A stretch of DNA of 64,000 nt from Klebsormidium nitens (taxonomy: Eukaryota; Plantae; Klebsormidiophyceae). How positions within the stretch are numbered: position 1 is the stretch's first letter; the number at the start of each line of letters is the position of its first letter. A program made the position numbers and the translations under genes. Of the stretch, positions 60,628 to 64,000 are shown one piece after another. The notes under the pieces were generated by a model that was not told the DNA's origin, did no database searches, and saw only the letters and a list, made by a program, of their open reading frames with translations. Location of the stretch: NCBI GenBank assembly GCA_000708835.1, contig DF237442.1, positions 5,823 to 69,822 of the forward strand, given 5' to 3'.

Positions 60628-61428
60628 GGCGGCTGCTTCGTCCATGTTTGATCTTATTGTAAAAAGGCGTCTAGCTGAACCGTCACACGTCGTCTGGTAT
60701 ATGTGCGCAACATCATTTGCAGCATGTGCACGTACACATGAAATGTTGCTGGACGGTCAGACGGTCTCATGTTGCTGAGGCAAAATTTCTATTACTGAGG
60801 GTACGTACAATTGTAGCAGCACGCGGATCGTCATGCAACGATGCAGGTACAGATTAAGTATACTAGCATGCATAGGCCCCGTCTATATATATAGCTATAA
60901 TGAACTGGTCCGGTCCACAATTGCATGGTGGCCGGGTTGCATATATGCAAGGATCGCATGCACGGCCAGCCTCGATAGTACTATGAATCGAATCTACATT
61001 GGGAACACGTCGCCACACCATGGCCGGCCCATGATCGAGTCCGTATCGACCTAGGTAACTCAAGCTTTCGCTGAAGCTCATGTGCAGTAGCGATGTATAG
61101 TTCAGCGCGACTTGAATGCAGCTTCAATCGATCGAACGTGCTGCGGGGCGGCCTGCGGATCAATCTTGCGTCTTGGAGATCACTTATGTAATCATATTGC
61201 ATATCCGGCCCGCGTCCAATCCAACCCGCTCATAAAACGCTACACTTTCTATGATTCGTGTATCTTGGATCGTATTTTACATACGAGCACTGGTGACAAA
61301 TAGATTTGGCGAGCTGCCTCAATCACCGACCTGGGCCCACATGCATGAGCCCCGGATCATCTGACACATGCATGAGCCTGGACAATAGGAACACCAATGT
61401 AGGCAGATTCCCTCACCAATGCGGCTTT

Positions 61429-62999
61429 TCATAGACCAGAAGTTTGATGATCCTTATCTGCATTTCTACTCGACCCATTGTCCTGCGGTGAAGCCGGCCG
61501 CTTTTGGATGACGGCATCTATAATCCCGTAATCCTTTGCCTCTTCTGGTGTCATGAAGTAGTCTCTCTCCATTGATGCTTCTGCAAAGGCCAAATGTCGA
61601 AGTGGTAAAGAAGCAGGATTACCAGATCACCTTCGTCGTACATAGCAGCACTTGCGATATCACTCCCTAATCTAGTCGATTCCGAAGTTCCGAACCTTTA
61701 TACGCAAGCCGTTTGTCCTCAATCAAGATCGGGAAACGACAGCCTACAAAGGTCGCTCTCGCTCACCGATCGTCTCTGCTTTGCTGCCCGTGTGCAGTGC
61801 ATAAAGCTGGTTGAGCCGCTCGCGCGTGCGCAGGATCTCTTTGGCATGGATCGCAATGTCGGAGGCCTGCCCGCTGGCGCCCCCCGATGGCTGGTGGATC
61901 ATGACCTTGGAATTAGGCAGGCTGCGCCGCACCCCCCGTGCGCCGGCCGCCAGCAGCAGGCTGGCCATGCTGGCGGCCTGCCCGACACACAGCGTGCTCA
62001 CGGGGCACTGAATGTACTGCACCACAGAGGGGCACTCGGAAGCAGTCGGACGGGGGGCGTGCGGAGGCAAGAAAAGGGGCAGCCTTTCATGCCCCTTGGG
62101 TGCAGTGTCGGGTAGACTCTTGAAATCTTCAGTGCATACCTGGCTGTGAAGCATCTGATATGCAGATTGCTGGGCAGCGACACCAGCTGCAACTCAAACG
62201 AGGGGCGCAATGAGAACAATCAGTTTGATATGGAGGTGCATATCAAGAAGTTTGCTGCTTAGAGAGCGCAGCATATGGAGAAGGTTACCTGCATTGTGTC
62301 GTAGATAGCAAGGCCCCCTGTGACGATTCCCCCCGGTGAGTTTATGTACATGTTGATCTGCACACGACAGGGCAGAGTGACTCCTCTTCAAATTCAGCAA
62401 CTTGCTGCAAGGTCCTCAAAGAAAGACAACAGCAGCTATGACCTTGTCACTCCCAGCTTGATGCCCATGCCCGGCCTGCCAGGGACTTCTTGATGTGCTG
62501 GTTTCTGCGCTGTCACCTTCATGGAACCTCGAAACACCTCACAAGCTCATGCAACATCGCTCATTCATTGATCAGGCGCACGCTGTTGGGCAGACAAAGC
62601 AGCGGCCAAGACGCCGGTGTGTGCGAGGGTTTGCCTCACCGGCTTGCTGGGCTGCTCGGACTCAAGGAAGAGGAGCTGCGCCACCACGAGGGACGCCATG
62701 TCATCTGTGATGGCGCCATTTACAAAAATGATACGCTCCTTGAGCAACCGCGAGTAGATGTCAAACACGCGCTCCCCGCGTGGGGTGTGCTCCAGCACGT
62801 ACGGCACCAACGAGTAGCGCCGCACTGCCCCCAGGTGGTGGACAGCAGCGGGGCCGCCGTCGGGGTAGAGACTCTGCAGTGGAGCCTGTACTTCCTCATG
62901 CAATAGTGGCACGCCCACAGGCCGATGCAACAGGAAGGACCTGAACTGGAGAGATCGCTGAAGGACCGTCCGCCCGAAGCTGCCTGTCATGGCTGACAT
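61429..62999 (-). CDS. clpP: ATP-dependent Clp protease proteolytic subunit, mitochondrial CLPP2 type
   Basis: Exons approximately 62999-62640, 62357-62289, 62009-61767 and 61581-61429. They encode an Arg/Ser/Leu-rich presequence, [48 protein letters not shown] (Ser), MIHQPSGG (His), GQASDI (Asp) and [19 protein letters not shown]. Confidence 0.95.
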
Positions 63000-64000
63000 C
63001 GATGAGGGCAAACATTTGCTCGTGGGTGGTAGCTGTCGAGCTGGACTCAGCAGTCCATGTGAATCCATCAGCTTAATTTCTAGGGTTTCGCAAACAGGAA
63101 CTAGCAGCGGCTGTGCATCATGCATGCCTCTGGATGAAAACGAGGCCACATTCATAATACGTCAGCAAGTGGCCGTTAGCGCTCCAGAAGCATTACCGAG
63201 CGTCGTGAAACGTCATATGCCACCAGTTGGTAGGATGGTGCATCATGCACTGCATGATGTCATGTCTAGAGTCTAGACACGCGGAACGCCGGATCTTCGA
63301 AAGGCTGGTGAACCGGCCAATTGTATCCCGCAACCGTCCGATCCGAGAAGGGGCACACTACCATACATCGACGACCTTAAACGTGCCACGTGGAAAACAA
63401 ATTGTCACGCGCGCGCGCCACCTGCCTGACGGCGCTCAAGTCAAAGCCTTTACTTTGTTAGGTTTGACCGAAGTTTGACCGGCAGCAGTGCTGCAGACTA
63501 ATTCATGGTGCACTATACTAATTTATTGCAAGGTGATCCCTCTCTTTCAGCTCTAATTCAAGCTGCAAAAAGGCAACCCAGCTGGGAATAGGATGGAACT
63601 TTCTGTCAGTTTGTTGGTTGCTTAGTATTCAGGACCTGAGCTTTGACGTATCCACGTCGTGTCACTTGAGAAAACATTGCTGCTCCTTGAAGATCCGACT
63701 TGGGTTGTCCTTCTGGTCCTGTTTCCCAAATTTTCCTTTCAAGCAAAAGCTTCTCACCGTGCCCACTGCCAATTGCCAGATTTTCCAGGTGCCAATGATA
63801 AGTTCATCATGTTGCAAGAGGTCCAGCACAGCACACTTGCAACTAATCAGCCCCTAACTTTGAGCTAATCAGCTGATCATAGCCCCACTGACATGCCTGG
63901 ACCTGTAAGACCTCCCAGTCGGTGCATTGTTGGACTTTGTAGGCTTCTGGAGAGCTGGAGGACGCAGTATGATACTCTAATGGATGATGGCCGGTGTGAC

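Noticed and set aside
60830-61380. ATGCAT/GGCC-rich intergenic segments resembling 28300-28900 and 46620-46990, a possible repeat family
   Set aside because: Only compositional similarity and a 14-bp local duplication were found; no alignable ends, TIRs or TSDs.

Overview
Intron-rich eukaryotic nuclear DNA, most likely a streptophyte green alga of the Klebsormidium type. This is inferred from GT-AG introns of about 300-700 nt, GC3-rich exons, plant-type RECA2, CLPP2 and GAMYB-like genes, and cilium genes. Most ORFs in the supplied track are exon fragments or shadow ORFs, so I assembled genes by hand from splice signals. From left to right: (1) a ~11.7 kb accessory region holding a spliced, frameshifted Prim-Pol + Zn-finger + probable D5 primase-helicase gene (minus strand, repeat-filled introns, running off the left edge) and, divergent from it, a HicA-like ORF followed by a three-exon HicB-like gene. 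This looks like a bacterial-type toxin-antitoxin pair adapted to a eukaryotic nucleus, and it may be switched by alternative splicing. (2) An ABCC/MRP transporter. (3) A cluster of three non-autonomous DNA transposons: a Transib-like element with CACAGTG ends, a nested TA-flanked MITE and a PIF/Harbinger MITE. (4) An R2R3-MYB of the GAMYB/S18 type. (5) An Inturned (INTU) homologue head-to-head with kinesin-II accessory protein KAP. (6) An intronless GT2 glycosyltransferase. (7) DDX6/RH8 helicase, RECA2-type RecA and mitochondrial ClpP. I saw no rRNA, tRNA or CRISPR array. All family assignments come from motif recognition by eye and were not checked against any database.
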